Below are positions 26,501 to 40,081 of a stretch of DNA of 64,000 bases, in pieces (positions within the stretch are counted from its first letter, which is position 1; each line of letters opens with the position of its first letter). Below the pieces are notes generated by a model. It was not told where the DNA came from. It saw nothing but the letters and a program-made list of their open reading frames with translations, and did not search any database. Source of the DNA: Asterias rubens (Eukaryota); contig NC_047074.1 of the NCBI RefSeq assembly GCF_902459465.1, forward strand, positions 806,001 through 870,000. Reading direction: 5' to 3'. Both the position numbers and the translations under genes were made by a program.

Positions 26501-29116
26501 GAATAATTGGTTGAATTTCAGGGAACTTCCTCCAGAATCAAGGAGAGGCGACAGCTCTGTCTTCAGTAGCCAACTGTAATTGATATGATTAAACAAAACT
26601 TCAATACGTATATGGTATGAGGTTCTCTTCACATGGTCTTGTCTCTTGGAAAATATCAGGCTAGCGAAGATGTGAGACATCATAAAGTCATCCCTAGTTA
26701 AGAATTATTTACTCAATAATAATTATATGTTGTATATTTACAAAATGATTTTGTTGTCTTACCAAAAACAAGTCCCAAAAACCTACTATTCCATGTTTTA
26801 TTGAAAAATAAAAAACTATGTATTTTTTAACAACACCCGAAGTGCTATATTTCAATCCATCGCTTGACGATTCTGATATGTCCTTACACACAGCCACCCT
26901 TACACAAACATAAAAAAACCAAAAGCACGCCAGAGGTAAATAATCCAAAGTGAGAATTATATATCTACCTTCTCAAGCCATTAAAATTATCCCCTCCCTC
27001 CAAACATTCGCAGCGGTTTCTTTTGACAATAGCTTGGTCGTTCTGACTTGGCCTTGGTTGGTAGCTTAATCACATTTTACAATTTACTTCACAAGTAGGG
27101 CTGTGAGCTTCGACTGTTTACGTAGCCAATCAGGCGAACCTGAACCATTGTTCTCGAAATGTCAATCACTTGAAACCCTTAAGTGAGCTTGTCTATATAT
27201 ATTTTGTTGTGTATTTCCATTTTCGATTGATAGAACTAGCGGCTAGGAAAGACCTGAGGAGGTATATATACAAAGATGAGAACCCGGGTGGAAGAAATTA
27301 TGAAAATACGATGAAAATTTTATTACATCGCGAGAGAGAATCAAAATATATTTATTTCCTTGCTTTCTGATCGAATGATTTTTTTAATTTTTTTTGTACT
27401 GTGGGCGATTGCTTTCGCATCAAGAACTGGGCCTTCCCCAAGTTCAAAAATACAAAACTGGTCCTTCCCCAAGTTCAGAAATACTAAAATAAATATGAGG
27501 AAATATGAGAGGACAACTAATAAAAAAATAATGTTACTTATAAATTATAAAAGAGAAATTAAAAACATGTCTTTATCTAATACTAGATTTCACTATGAGC
27601 GTTTGCCATAGCTTCCGGAACTGGACCAGAATTTCAAAATTTAACAAAAATCTCAATGGTTAAATATTTCTTTAAAATATAATTAACAAACACCTCTCTG
27701 TTTCATACATTAAATTTATGTTGCTCAAGAGATATTAAAAGAAATATACAATGGGAAAAACAACGAGTATCAATAGTAATTAAATAATTGGGAGTTCTAC
27801 ATAATTACAAATTGGATCACTCACGGTGCTTAAATCGACAAGGTCTTCTTGAGGTTATCAAGGACGATAGTTATGTTTTAATAATACACGGTAGCTTTGT
27901 CCTTCTAAACAGATTAGGCTTCTCGGAAGTTAAAACAAAAAATTGTCTTTATTTTTTCGGATAGTTTCAGAAATTCTAATCATTTTCCCCTTAAAAATGA
28001 ATATGTCTTCAATGAAAAGAGGGAGTGTTGTATTTGGTAAAAATGTATCATCCTTTGTTATCATAGTTCTTTCAGAAGCCAGCCACCATCATTCCATTTC
28101 GTTTTCACTAAAAACACAGCTCAACAAATCATTGATAATTTCTTTAAAACTGTGTCGCTGTTTGTGGCTTTGTAAATTATTTTATGTATGTTACTTTATT
28201 GTTCTGTTTTAGCTATAGAGAGATAGCATGGCAATATTAGTGACAGAATAAACTCACAGAACCGTTGAAAGTTAAAGTACACAAATAAAAGAATCATGTT
28301 GCATCATGATGAGGAGGCACATGTTATTGTTGTTGCAGAGCTCGTGAATAGTCCCTGTATTAAAATTTTCCTGATACATCAACAATTTGCCTATAACATT
28401 CATTTAAAAAAAAAAAAAGCAAAAGAATAAAGATAACAAAGTCGTTTGATTGTTCTTGTTCCCACATGTCCACTCTGAATGTTGACTGTATTTTACTTCT
28501 TTACTTACATAGACATTTCAGGTATTCCTCGCCATTTTTAGTCAACATTTGTCTATTATTCCTGTTTATTCAGACAATTATTGAATAGTTGCCATGGCTG
28601 TTGTTCAACTTGTGTTTACGTTGCTGCCGCTAAAATAATGCCTCAATGCTGATGTTTTTAGCAAAAACAATAATACAAACCTCAAGTAAACATTGACAAG
28701 GTAACTTCCGCCTGATGGATAACGGAGTGTCTTGTTTTAGCACTTTCCTCAAATTCAAATGCATTCACACTTTGTCCTCACTCCAACCACAACTCGACAA
28801 TAGGGGGCGTTTTTTTATTTATTTGTACAGATAAAACTTATATTTTTCTTCCCGGGCGAAAAGTTAAACAAAATGTTTTTGAAAACAACAAATATATATA
28901 AAAGTATTACAGACATGTTAAGGTGTTGTTTACCATTGTATCCAAAGTATCTCACACCATGTTCAATGTTCAATGTGCCAGGAATTCTATTCTGTAATTG
29001 AAATAACAATTCTCAGATTCAAATTTTGGGAGACGGATATCGTTTTTGCATAACCACATAACTTTGAACTTTCTCCAAATGCTCTATACTATATATCGAA
29101 AGCTGCTGTACTCTAA

Positions 29117-29276
29117 AGGCAGTGGACACTATTGGTAATTACCCAAAATAATTATAATAGCATAAAACATCACTTGGTAACAAGTAATAGGGAGAGGTTG
29201 ATGGTTTAAAACATATGTTGAGATACACCAAGTGAGAAGACTGGTCTTTGACAGTTATCAATATTGTCCACTGTCT
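29117..29276 (+). mobile_element. Internally deleted Kolobok-type MITE, family K (160 bp)
   Basis: AGGCAGTGGACACTATTGGTAATTACCCAAAATA ... ATATTGTCCACTGTCT-TTAA. Both ends are kept and the central part of the 17720/40082 copies is missing. Confidence 0.8.
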
Positions 29277-29508
29277 TTAACGAGTGATTACCAAACGTTT
29301 ACCATCCCTTTAAAAAGAATTACATATATTTCTCGCCTAGACTTTCAGACGTGCTGATATTTTCTGACGGAGAGAGTTACGTGATATCCCGAGACGCCAA
29401 AATGACATCGTCTGTCACTACTGTATCGATCCAGCACAATCAAAAGCCTAAGGGCATGAAAGAGTAAAAACCAATCGTGTGTAGACTCTCGCACAGAATT
29501 AATATTAA

Positions 29509-30100
29509 AGGTAAAGTGTGGTAATAAATCACAACTAACTGCCCTCTAAGGTAAAGTGCGGTCACAATCACAGGACTAACTACTCTCTCATAAATCACAG
29601 GACTCCTGCCTCCTAAAATACAGTCACAATCACACGACTACTGCCTGGTCACAATCACAAGAACAACTACTGCCTCGTAAAGGTAAAGTGTGGTAACAAT
29701 CACAGGACTAATGCCTCACACAGTGTGGTCACAATCACATGACAACTGCTGCCCCTAGTGAGGTGACAATCACAGACTACTGCCTCCTAAAGGTGAAGTG
29801 AGTTCACAATCACAGGACTACTGCCTGGCCACAATTACAAGAACAACTACTACCTCCTAAAGGTAAAGTATGGTAACAATCACAGGACTAATGCCTCACA
29901 CAGTGTGGTCACAATCATATATACTGCCCCTAGTGAGGTGACAATCACAGGACTAATGCCTCACACAGTGTGGTCACAATCATATATACTGCCCCTAGTG
30001 AGGTGACAATCACAGGCTACTGCCTCCTAAAGAAAGTGAGGTCACAATCACAGAACTACTGACTCCTAGTTTGGTAATAATCACAGGACTAACTACTGTC
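29509..30100. repeat. Complex minisatellite built from ~25-45-bp modules
   Basis: About 18 recurrences of the core GTCACAATCACAGGACTACTGCCT, interleaved with AAAGGTAAAGTGTG. Contains a near-exact ~63-bp duplication at about 29879-30007. Confidence 0.85.
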
Positions 30101-33100
30101 TTTAAAAAGGTATCTTGAAGTTAGTTATCATACGTCACGTACGGAAGCAATTTAGTGTGGTCCCTTTTGTAGATTTATCATTAACAGTGACGATTTATAT
30201 TTACATAGAAAGGAACATGTCACTGTTGCCAACACAGTCTACAACTTAAATACGTTATGCGCAAAAAACAATTGTATAATTATGTAAATTATATTGTGTT
30301 GAATAACAGGGTTTGACTCATGTCAAAAAATTATTCAAGGGGCTAACAAACAGCTCTGGAAGTACACACAAGAAACGTTATTGTGTATTATTAGGTTATA
30401 CAATAATCCAAAAGTTTACTTAAACATATTAAGACGTTTAGTCTTATCGTAACACCGAATACCCTTCCCCAGTTGTAAAATTGCTTTAGAAAAAACAGTT
30501 ATCCTGAAAGTTTATATTCTACAGCAACATTTCAAGTAATAAACCACAAGGAAAATTAACATTTTCATCAGATAAAAAAAAGAAATACATAATAAGATAT
30601 GTAGTAATTTGTGATAAATTATATCAAAACGCTTAAGATACTTGTTCGCATAATTTCTTTTTTAAATCTTAAATTCTTGTTATGATTTTATTTTGGGATA
30701 CCCCCGACCGTCCCCTTCCTTCAAGTAATAAACCCGTCCCAGCATCACCCCTGGATACCAAGACCACCACGCCGTATGCCAATAGTAATTACCCCGCCCC
30801 AAGCATATCAAACCTGTGTCATATCTACGCTAATCCGATAACGCCTTGACTTCCCACTAGGGCGAGTCTGGTCCAAGACCACAAATTGACAGCCTACCTA
30901 CCCTCAACCACCACACGTCGTCTACACGGCTTAAGATTGTTCCATTATTAATCGCAAATATTTGAGTCCCTGTCTTAAAGCCGTTCGTTGTGTGAGAGTT
31001 TTCTTGTCTTATCCTAACAGCAAACTTGAAACACTCTCCGCTGGGTGTTCGGAATACTTCACACTGGATTATAAGACGAAAAGAAAAGCTGCATGGTGTC
31101 CTAAAACAAACGTGGTACAAATATGCAAATATCGAACTCCAAGAAAAAATATGTTACTCCATCAAGATAAGACAGCTTACCTTATCCCATGCTAGAGGGG
31201 TTTCTGATGGCCTGAACATCCTCAAAGCGCAACAACCTCTTTTTCTCCAAAAGACGTCACCAAACCACACAAGTAATCCTTTAAGGCAAAGTTCAAAAAC
31301 ACCTTGATTAATATTCTCCCCCAACATGGTCTCTTGGAACCGAAGGCCTATTCCAGTTCGGACTACTTTTTCAAAACACTCCAAACGAAAATATCAAACT
31401 CCAAATATCCGCCATCTTTGATTCCCAAACTCTCATGTACAGCATGGCACCTTGACCGCTACTGGTGAAACAAAAATACGTGGTTTATATTTCCCATTTG
31501 GTGGTATTTACCGTTACTTTCTAAATCATAGCGTAGTGTTTAACATCCATGCTCTCTCTCTCAGACAACCCCCGACTGATAGGCCTACTACATAATACCA
31601 ACTCTCTGGCTGGACTACAACCCCGTACAAGCTGCCATCCACTTATAGTTACAATCCTGTACCAAATGGCATTGTCTGTCTCACCAATGGATACAAAAAA
31701 TATCAAAAGAGACTTCTTTTCAATTCTGAAAACAAAATCATCGCGAAACCCAAGGATACTGTGAGCCCTTTCTTTCTTTGACTGGCCCATTGTTGCGCGT
31801 ATAGATTTTCACGTAGCGAACAATAGCTGCAAACATTGCATTGCCCTCAATTCTCTAGTCGATATGTCTATTTGATTTATTTCAATACATCCGCGCACGG
31901 CGAGCCGCCGTTACATTCGCAAGCATTCAGAAAAGAAAGGCCACTTTTCAATTCAGCTAGCGAATTCCCTTCCATTTTACCCGCGCGCATACAAGAGCTC
32001 TCCTCACTTCCATATACAAAAAACCCTTCTTATTTCATCTAAAGAAAAAGACGCGGTATTTTTTTCCCTTAACTCTCTTCTTCTTTTCATGAAAGACCGA
32101 AGTGAATTTCACCTGTCGAGCTAGGTCCCAGAAAGGAACTAAAATACAAGCAACAAAAGCACCCGCTCGTTTTTTCCCTCGCTAACAAACAAGAAAATTT
32201 CATCAGCGACAACCACGCCACAATGCCGGACTACTCAAAAAACGCGGGGAAAAACATGTGGTAATTTCCCCCTGAAATTGTCGCCCAGCGCACCGCGTGG
32301 GAAATCAAGCACGGTAAAGTTGCTCTATGGAGATAGTCATGTACATGCGAACTCTGGGAGCAGTATCGAAATTACGTTTCCCCCTGTCTCTTTGCCTGCC
32401 TCTAGGGAGCGTGTATTCAAAAGAGATTATCTTGGGAAATTTGACAGAGTGCTCTACTTTTTCTCCCCACCCCAGGGCTAAACTCACGGCGATAGCGAAA
32501 TAAACATGACGATAGTGACACTGGATCGTGACGCTTTGTAAAGGAACACCTGAATTTCCATAGAAAAGGGAACCGCTGCTGAGATTTTAACAGGCAAAAA
32601 AAAAAAAGCGAAACAAGTTGCTAACATATTCTTTTTTGTTAAGTGATGTCTGCTATACACGTACTTGTTTTTAATAACGTATCCAATTTGTTATTCAGTA
32701 CAATGTACGCATCTTTTAAAGTAATTCATATGCATTTTATGGGATTTGTTTACATCAACAAAATGCGAAACAAGTTTATAAAAAATTCTTTTTTTTAAGC
32801 GATGTCTTCTATTTGTTTTTAGTTACGAATTTACGCATCCAATTTGTTGCAGTACAATTTATGTTAAATCTTTAGACATACACAATAGTTACAAGTTGTA
32901 CAGGGGCTGTCAAGGTTAAAACAAAAGTATAAAAACTGTCATCAAAAGATTTGTAAAACTTAAGCATCTATTCAGTAATTCATATATATACTTTAAAGGA
33001 TATGTTTACATAAGCAGAACCCACAGGGGTATTGTTTTAAACCGATCGATTGAACTCGATTTTGTTCACACAAGTTGAAGGTGAGAGCAGCCTGTCCATG

Positions 33101-33536
33101 AAAAAGGATTAAACAAAAATAAATCCGCATTGATTATAGCATTACAATTGATGATAAATATATGTTACTCAACAAGGAGGGGAAATTTTCACCATAAATT
33201 ATTTTTTATTTTCTATAAAACCTTAAACAAATTATGTTATTTTGTTTAATCTTTAATTTCATTATAAAGCTCTAATGTCAATTATATTTATTTAAGAGTG
33301 CCGTATAACTTCAGACCTGCCTGATTTATTTCATAATTCCAAAACACATTATACCGTACGCACTCCCAACCTTACGGATCCTTGTCCAATGGGCTTGACC
33401 GTTTCTGGGTCAGGGAAGATCTGGAAACTGGTTTAAAAAAAAATGATATGATTTAAGCTCGGATTCTGCCTAATTTGACTCATTTCTGGGTTATATACAG
33501 AGTCCTAGTAACACCGACCCATAAATGAGTCAGGCC

Positions 33537-33647
33537 CCAGAAGTCAATTTCACAAAGACAGTCCGTACTTAGGACTAGTCCCAGGACTATTGAGGGTATT
33601 AAACTCGAGATGAGACTAGTCTTAAATCTTTGTGAAATCCACCCAGG
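33537..33647. mobile_element. Palindromic MITE (GGACTAGTCC-rich), family M
   Basis: Inverted ends ATTTCACAAAGA / TCTTTGTGAAAT and internal ACTAGT palindromes; related to 42399-42547. Confidence 0.65.
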
Positions 33648-33869
33648 GATCAGAGACCGGATCAACTCTGACCCGGGAGTGTACAATTTCTTTCAAAAAC
33701 AAACACGACATATTGAAGTTTGTTTTACAATATATGTAAACCTATCACGTGCTTTGGCGGACAAAACTCAACTATAAAGATTGTAGCATGAGAAATCAGT
33801 CTGTGAAAGTTGCTGTGGTTAAATCTTACAATTGTCACATTGCTATCCAAGATTTGGAAACAAAACGTG

Positions 33870-33912
33870 AAAATCTCTTTTGGGTAGTGTTGGTTCTGAA
33901 ATGAACCGGTAG
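33870..33912 (-). repeat. Fragment of the hammerhead-bearing family (hairpin and tail only)
   Basis: ATCTCTTTTGGGTAGTGTTGGTTCTGAAATGAACCGGT matches ATCTCTTAGGGTGAGTGTTGGCTCTGAAAAGAGCCGGT at 46101-46138. Confidence 0.6.
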
Positions 33913-34643
33913 TGAACACTGATCAAAATACTAATACGAAAACGCTATGTAATTAAAAATGAAAGATACGAGAAGCTTCGTACATGGAAATCTGGTCTTT
34001 GTTGCGAATTGAGGAGCAACCCACTCCGATAAAAATGATCTGTAAAAACAGCATGTTACGCGAATGGAGTGTATTTTTAATCTTGTAGTCAGCACAACCT
34101 CCCCACGACTCGTTTTTCCTACCGTCCAATACGACGAGATGCCGGCGTTCGCGTCCTTCCTCTACCAAGGACAAGGGGCTCGGATATAATTAAGAATCCC
34201 AAAATAGCCTTCATATAAATCCATTTAGGGTACATCGTCTTATAATGACAGGATTAAATGTTTGTATCTATTGTTCATTGAGAATAATTTGACAACATGG
34301 ATAGATTCCATCTGACATGTTCAATGGTTTAAAAAGATGGACAAAAATATGATTTGTGTGGATTAGAGTAAAAAAATTCAAAGATAATCTTGTTTAGTTT
34401 TAATCTTTCCGCGTCTTGTCGAAAAAGTAATATTACACAAATTATAAAATAAAATGTCTTGGAAATGATTTTGATGTCGTTGATTGGAATTTCCAAATTT
34501 ATTAATTGATACTTTCATGGTCACGTAGCATTCAGCTGATTTGTTATAATTATATTAATTTTCTTCAGTGGCGATATCATGACAGCTGCAACTGAATAGT
34601 ACTTGAAATTTATATATTATTGCATTTTGAAGAAAATGGATAT

Positions 34644-34925
34644 ATCAGAACTATCCAATAAAATCAAGAAATAATGACTGACAAGTGGATATTTAATTAT
34701 CACTAACAACAGAGGGGGCTTTATTAAATACATGTATCAGCAACAGCATTGAGTTGTACAGTATTAAAATTGCATTTGGGAGAAAGCATCAGAACTAGCA
34801 AATAAAATTGAGAAATATAAAACTGACAAGTGGATATTTAATTACAACCAACAACAGAAGAGAACTTAATTAAATACAAGAGCATTGAATTGTGCAGTAT
34901 TGATTAAGAAAACGAAATTTGAGCG
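34644..34925. repeat. Diverged tandem duplication, period ~144 bp
   Basis: ATCAGAACTA...AATAAAAT...ACTGACAAGTGGATATTTAATTA...AACAACAGA...ATTAAATACA...GCATTGA(G/A)TTGT.CAGTATT appears twice, starting at 34644 and 34788. Confidence 0.75.
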
Positions 34926-34938
34926 ATAGCTATAAATA

Positions 34939-35062
34939 GTAGTAAACTTATCGGTACAACCATGTAATAATTCTCTTTTGAGGGTGTGTTGGCTCTGGAA
35001 AGAGCCGGTGTGGTCTCGACGTTTGAACAGTAAACTCTGTCTTCATGAGAAAAAACTATGAA
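34939..35062 (-). mobile_element. Dispersed degenerate monomer of the hammerhead-bearing family
   Basis: Aligns end to end with 46058-46185 (GTACAACCATGT...TCTCTT...GTGTTGGCTCTGGAAAGAGCCGGTGTGGTCTCGACGTTT-GAACAGTAAACTCTG-TCTTCATGAGA). The core is mutated (minus strand ATGAAGA, G12 lost). It is followed by AAACTATGAAC, the start of another monomer. Confidence 0.8.
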
Positions 35063-37834
35063 CGAGTTTGAATCTAAAAACAGAATACCTTTTACAAACC
35101 TCCATTTATATCACCGAATAGGAATGCATGTTCAAGAAAAACAGTCCTTTGTAACATAATTCCTATTTTAATTTAGCATATCAAAATAAAATCGATAAGC
35201 ATTGACAGTTTCCCTGAAGAAACCTAATTGGTTATATTTATTGATTTGTCTTAGTAGACCACTTGATAGGCAATAACCGACGTGATTTTCAACCGATTGC
35301 TGAGGGCCCTTCAGGGTAGGGCGACGCATGCATTTTGTTGCTGGCCAACGCAGTTCTCGGTAACATGGTATTTCTTTGTATTATTTTCAAGTGGATAAAC
35401 CTTTTAAATGCTGTAAATTTTTCCACAGAACTCGGGGAAGAACTGAGTTAGGTTTCAGTGTATAAAACTACATAATATTCGTTATCTCTGATTTAAATTT
35501 AACATGTGGATTAACCTTGTCAAGAATACATTATGCAAATAGTAAAAAAAAAAAACCGGTAGTTTCAGCACCATCACTACTCAACAGAGATTTATGAACA
35601 TATTGTCACCGCAAACCCCACTCTAAACACTAACATTAAAATACAAGGCATCTGGCAGTAAAGAGATGTGTGACCGAATCTTGGCATTAATTGTTAGTCT
35701 TCTTATATTCATTGAAGGCTACAGGATTAAAACGATATTCAAATACTTGTTTTGAAAACAAATCTGAACAGCGGTTTGGGGAAGTGTTAAGTGGTTAAGT
35801 GTTCGGGCAGTTAACACACCGTAACATTTTACTTCAAAATGGACGAAATTAACACTCTTGTTACTATTCATAACACTGTAATGTTTGTAAAGTCAGTAAC
35901 TCGGCGCTGTGTTTCACACTGGCCGGCCTTTTCACACTACAAGAATTCCATACGATAACCGCGTGCATTATGCAGTTGTGTACTCTACTGAGTGTAACAA
36001 ACCGGCCCTCCCCATCTAACCCCCGCCCCACCCCCTCTAATGGATCACGTGCTAACCATTTTTAAAAAGCTTAGGCAAGAAATCTCAAGTAAAATCTAAA
36101 GTGAAGGAGGCGGTAAAGTAGTCATTAACAAACAAAGAAAACAATATAATATAGGTCTTCTAACGGTTAGCAGTAACTCACGCGTAAACCGGGTCAGGAT
36201 CGCTTAATTTAATAGCATGTCTGGACTATCTACCCCCCCCCCCCCTCTCCTTCACTACCTCCTTCAAGATAAACCCTTGACGTCAATGCTACATTTTAGT
36301 GTCTGTTTTATTTTTTTATTTTTGATAATGCAATATTTCTAGATAATGGATTGAAAATGTTTCAACCAAAAACAAAGTGAAAAATTATTTCCTCTTCGCC
36401 GACGTACGTCTGCGTATAATTAATTTAGAACCATTTGGGGTTGATATTATTTTGCTTTTAGTTAATGGCAATAAAAGGAAAGAAACGGGAGTCATTTTTT
36501 GTCTTAAATTGCTAAGTAAGTGGACAATATTGTTCCTGTAGACTATCAAGAAATAATGGAACTGGAAGATGGCGAGAAGAACCTAAAAAAATACTATTTA
36601 TTACATTATCTAGACTCGAAAGTGTTATTAAGAAAAGTGTATACAACTTACAGTGTTTTGAATAAAAACAAGGAATGAAGGTCTTGTATAACTCGGAAAG
36701 CTTCGAGATATTAAGGGTTTTGTTTTTTACTAATCGAGGAAGAAATCTTGAGACCGTTAGTCTACTTGGTTTGTTCTAAATAGTTGTCAAATGCATCTTT
36801 GTATATTATTTTTTGTCTACTGTATTTGAGAGTTGTCGCTGTTGTTGTTGCTGTTCTTGTTGATGTTTGCTGTTGACTCATATTTTATGAGAAATATATA
36901 TTTTTTTAACGCAAAAAAATCATATAAATCAATAATTGACAGCATCAATACATTTTCGCTTTCTTTGAAAATGCTGTCCTTCAACTTCAAAGAAGTTTCA
37001 TAACGGATTTGTACTGTTATTTTATTATTATTATTATTATCACTTTTTTTTAAGCTTTGAAAAAATTAACGTTTCAAAATATTGCAATGGTACCATCTTC
37101 AAGACAGGATTAAATAAAAGCATCAAGAAAAACGTTACAACTTAATTAGTCATCTTATCATCTACAATGTCATTATATTTTTAATATTCCAGAAACTGTA
37201 TAAGTGACAGTTTATGTCCTAGTTAATTGTAAAAGCAAATATCTTTAATTGATATTGCAAACTCCATTTCGTACTACATCATTCGTATTTAGGTGATACA
37301 AAAATCACCAATACGCGAAACTTTGCTAATCTTTGCATCTTCGTTAAAATAACATTAAATTGCCTTACATTGTCTTAATATGAATTGCATGAAAAGAGAA
37401 AGTCTTAATTTAAACGTTGGTAGTTTCAACATGAAATCATCAACAGACTCCATCCAAAGACATGATTCTTCATCTTTCTTATACAGTTATTTAACATCGA
37501 ACTCATCAGTCCAATCGTAAAGGACTAAAATTCACAAAATGGCTACAAACAACCAGAGTCTGTCCAGCCTAGGGATACGGTTGAATTAAACTTGGCCCGC
37601 ACGTAGAAAGATTTCCTAAGTCTTTGGGCTTCCGATCACCAAAACCAATCCAATCAAATGCCAGAGTGGTATCTCCGGGGATAGCACACGCCCTGAGCGG
37701 ACTAAAAACATACTTGGGTTCTACTGGTCCGTTCCCTATTCCCCACGAGACGACAATCCAATCTTATTACATGTGTACCATCTCTGCTTCAGGGGAAAGA
37801 AGAAAAAAGTTTCAGTGAGTTGATAGAGGGAAAG

Positions 37835-38070
37835 GGGGAATCCCCGTGGGACCGTGCGCCACCACCGTGACCTCCAGCGAGGGTCCGCCGGCATACGGCG
37901 CTCCGATCCCCGGTGCTTGTCGACCATTGCGTCCCTATGCTCCGGTCTGTCTCAATCGCTCTAAGTGGAAATAAAGTGTTGAATAATTCGTGAAGACGAG
38001 GAGGGGAAAGCTTATTTTCAGCGGAGTATGTTATAAAAGATCCCCCAGCGACAGCGCGGGAGAAGGCCAG
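37835..38070 (+). promoter_or_regulatory. Candidate TATA promoter with an upstream palindromic kappaB-like site
   Basis: TATAAAA at 38032-38038 within a locally GC-rich stretch, about 75 bp upstream of a strong-context ATG. GGGGAATCCCC at 37835-37845 fits the NF-kB/Rel consensus GGGRNWYYCC. Motif evidence only. Confidence 0.45.
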
Positions 38071-38109
38071 TGGTGCATACACATGATTAAATTGCCGTCG
38101 TCTCCAGAG

Positions 38110-38222
38110 ATGGCCGAGCAAATAACAGTAACTACAGTTGCCATTTTTGTGACGGTTGCGATGCTGACGGCTGTTTCATCTACATATTTATCTTCCCTAG
38201 TTAATACGAGCTCGTTTCTTTG
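38110..38222 (+). CDS. Candidate first coding exon of a secreted or membrane protein (signal peptide)
   Basis: gagATGG start. Encodes MAEQITVTTVAIFVTVAMLTAVSS-TYLSSLVNTSSFL-(W), with a hydrophobic h-region and small-residue cleavage site. Ends at TG|GTAAAT, a phase-2 splice donor, downstream of a TATA box. A weaker in-frame ATG lies at 38083. No exon 2 was identified in the window. Confidence 0.45.
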
Positions 38223-40081
38223 GTAAATCGAATAAAACAATACAATTCATAAAAATAAGTTGCAGAAGACAAAATGGCGTCAATGAAAATCAGCTCCTAG
38301 GAGAGCAGGAGAGAACAATACAAAAACATACCAGTATAACCCTTCTCTTTTCTCGTTCAATAATACAATACCTCAATGTCACAATTTTAATACCGTAGCA
38401 CCGTTAGAAAAGTGTGATTTATTGTGCCACCCCCACCCTTCTCACCCTCACACCCTGAAATCTGTCATGAACTTATGACGTCATTAAGACAGGGCCGAAA
38501 CTTAACGTTTTCAGACTGCAATCTGAAAGTGAACCCAAATTTCGAAACGGTGACAAAGTGGTTCATCTGGTGTAACTCCCGTCAACCCCCGTCAACTAAT
38601 TAGCCGTAAGAGCAGTTTTGCCTACACGTCAAGCTATTAATTATTAAGCCTGATATCCCGTCAACGTACCATTCAAAATTATTTTGTCAGCAGCAACTAA
38701 AACATGATTACAAAATGTAGCAACGTATACTGCTATGGATATGATGCCTTTTGTATACGTCTCAGGATAAACATGAATATTTGAGGAGAAAAAGATAAAA
38801 AGGAAAGTAGAGCATGAGAGTGGAATTGCGAGAGAGCGGACTTGTCCGGTCAGCGGCCTACACCACACCGTCAGAACGGCCTGAGGGCCCCCGTAGCTAC
38901 ATCGCTTGATTAACAGGTGTAACATCACCCCACCGTGATTCGATACGTGTTGTCTTTAATCCCACACTTCCATCTTATATTTATCTGTTTCCTTTCCTCC
39001 GAGTAGCTACTACAACTTGAATTTGGGTTTGCGAGACATCATCCATCCCCCGTTGGTAACTTGTGCTTTATCTTACTCGCTCTTCTGGGGAAAAAAAAAC
39101 CAGGAGAGCGTGGATGGGGTGTAGGCGCTGACGGTCTACATGGACAGGGGAAATATTACTGTCTCCACCACACAGCCTTCAATTTTCTTAATGCGTCGCT
39201 TATTAAATAAGGCGGTGTGGGTTTTAGTACTGTTGCAGGACAGCCCTGGTTTCCTTTTTCTCTCTCCCCCACTAGCGACAATGTCACTTCTACTAATGAG
39301 TGCACGATGTGGAGCAGTATGGGGCAATCTTTTGTGTCTGTGCTTTGAATTAATGCAAAGGAGAACTGTAGATGTAGGCATTATCCAAGAGTAACGACCA
39401 TATGTACAGAAAGTGACATTGACAATAATGAGTAATTAAGCAATTTAATTTTAGCTGCGGCATCCATTGGTGTTCAGTCTAGTGTTAAGATAACGGGAAA
39501 CTTGTCAGCTTATAATTTTTGAAGTGGGCTGCCGTAGACAAGGAATCTTTATATATAAAAATGGCAACTCGGTTAACACGACATCTTGCGTTCACATCAA
39601 GAAAACCTCGAAGACATTTTGACGCATGCGTTTCATTATTATTCGGTAGCACCAGTAAGATTTGTTTAATAATGGAATGCATTAGATGTGGCATCAAAAT
39701 GAATTTTTTTACGGGAATTGTATTCAGAAAAAAAAGGAAAAAAATTATTAAATGAGTTTATGGGATTTGAGGCATTATTTGGTTTGGGGTAACATCATAT
39801 GTGTATCTACTTGCCAGGTAGATTTTGTTCTGTAGAGAACTGTCTTGTTTTAAATATTCTACTTATCACGAACCCATTTGAAATGGACAAACCTACGGTG
39901 GTAGCGACGTTAAAGGTACACTCGTTTTTATTCGATGGGGAACTGCTGTGCATATTTTGTAAGCACTTCACTTTAATGTTTTTTTTTTTACAAATTCTGC
40001 TATGAAGTAAAACATGCTTGATATTTGGTTCTTGGAAAAAGGGTAATGACAATTCGTTTGGAAGGGCTGACCTATGCTTAA

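Noticed and set aside
29505-30105. Minisatellite bounded by TTAA on both sides, possibly inside a Kolobok MITE
   Set aside because: The ends (AGGTAAAGTG vs AGACAGTAGT) do not form a convincing TIR.
37400-37520. LNVGSFNMKS resembling an APE endonuclease N-terminus, and a protein-like minus frame
   Set aside because: The downstream LQETH-type motif is absent and neither frame could be assigned.
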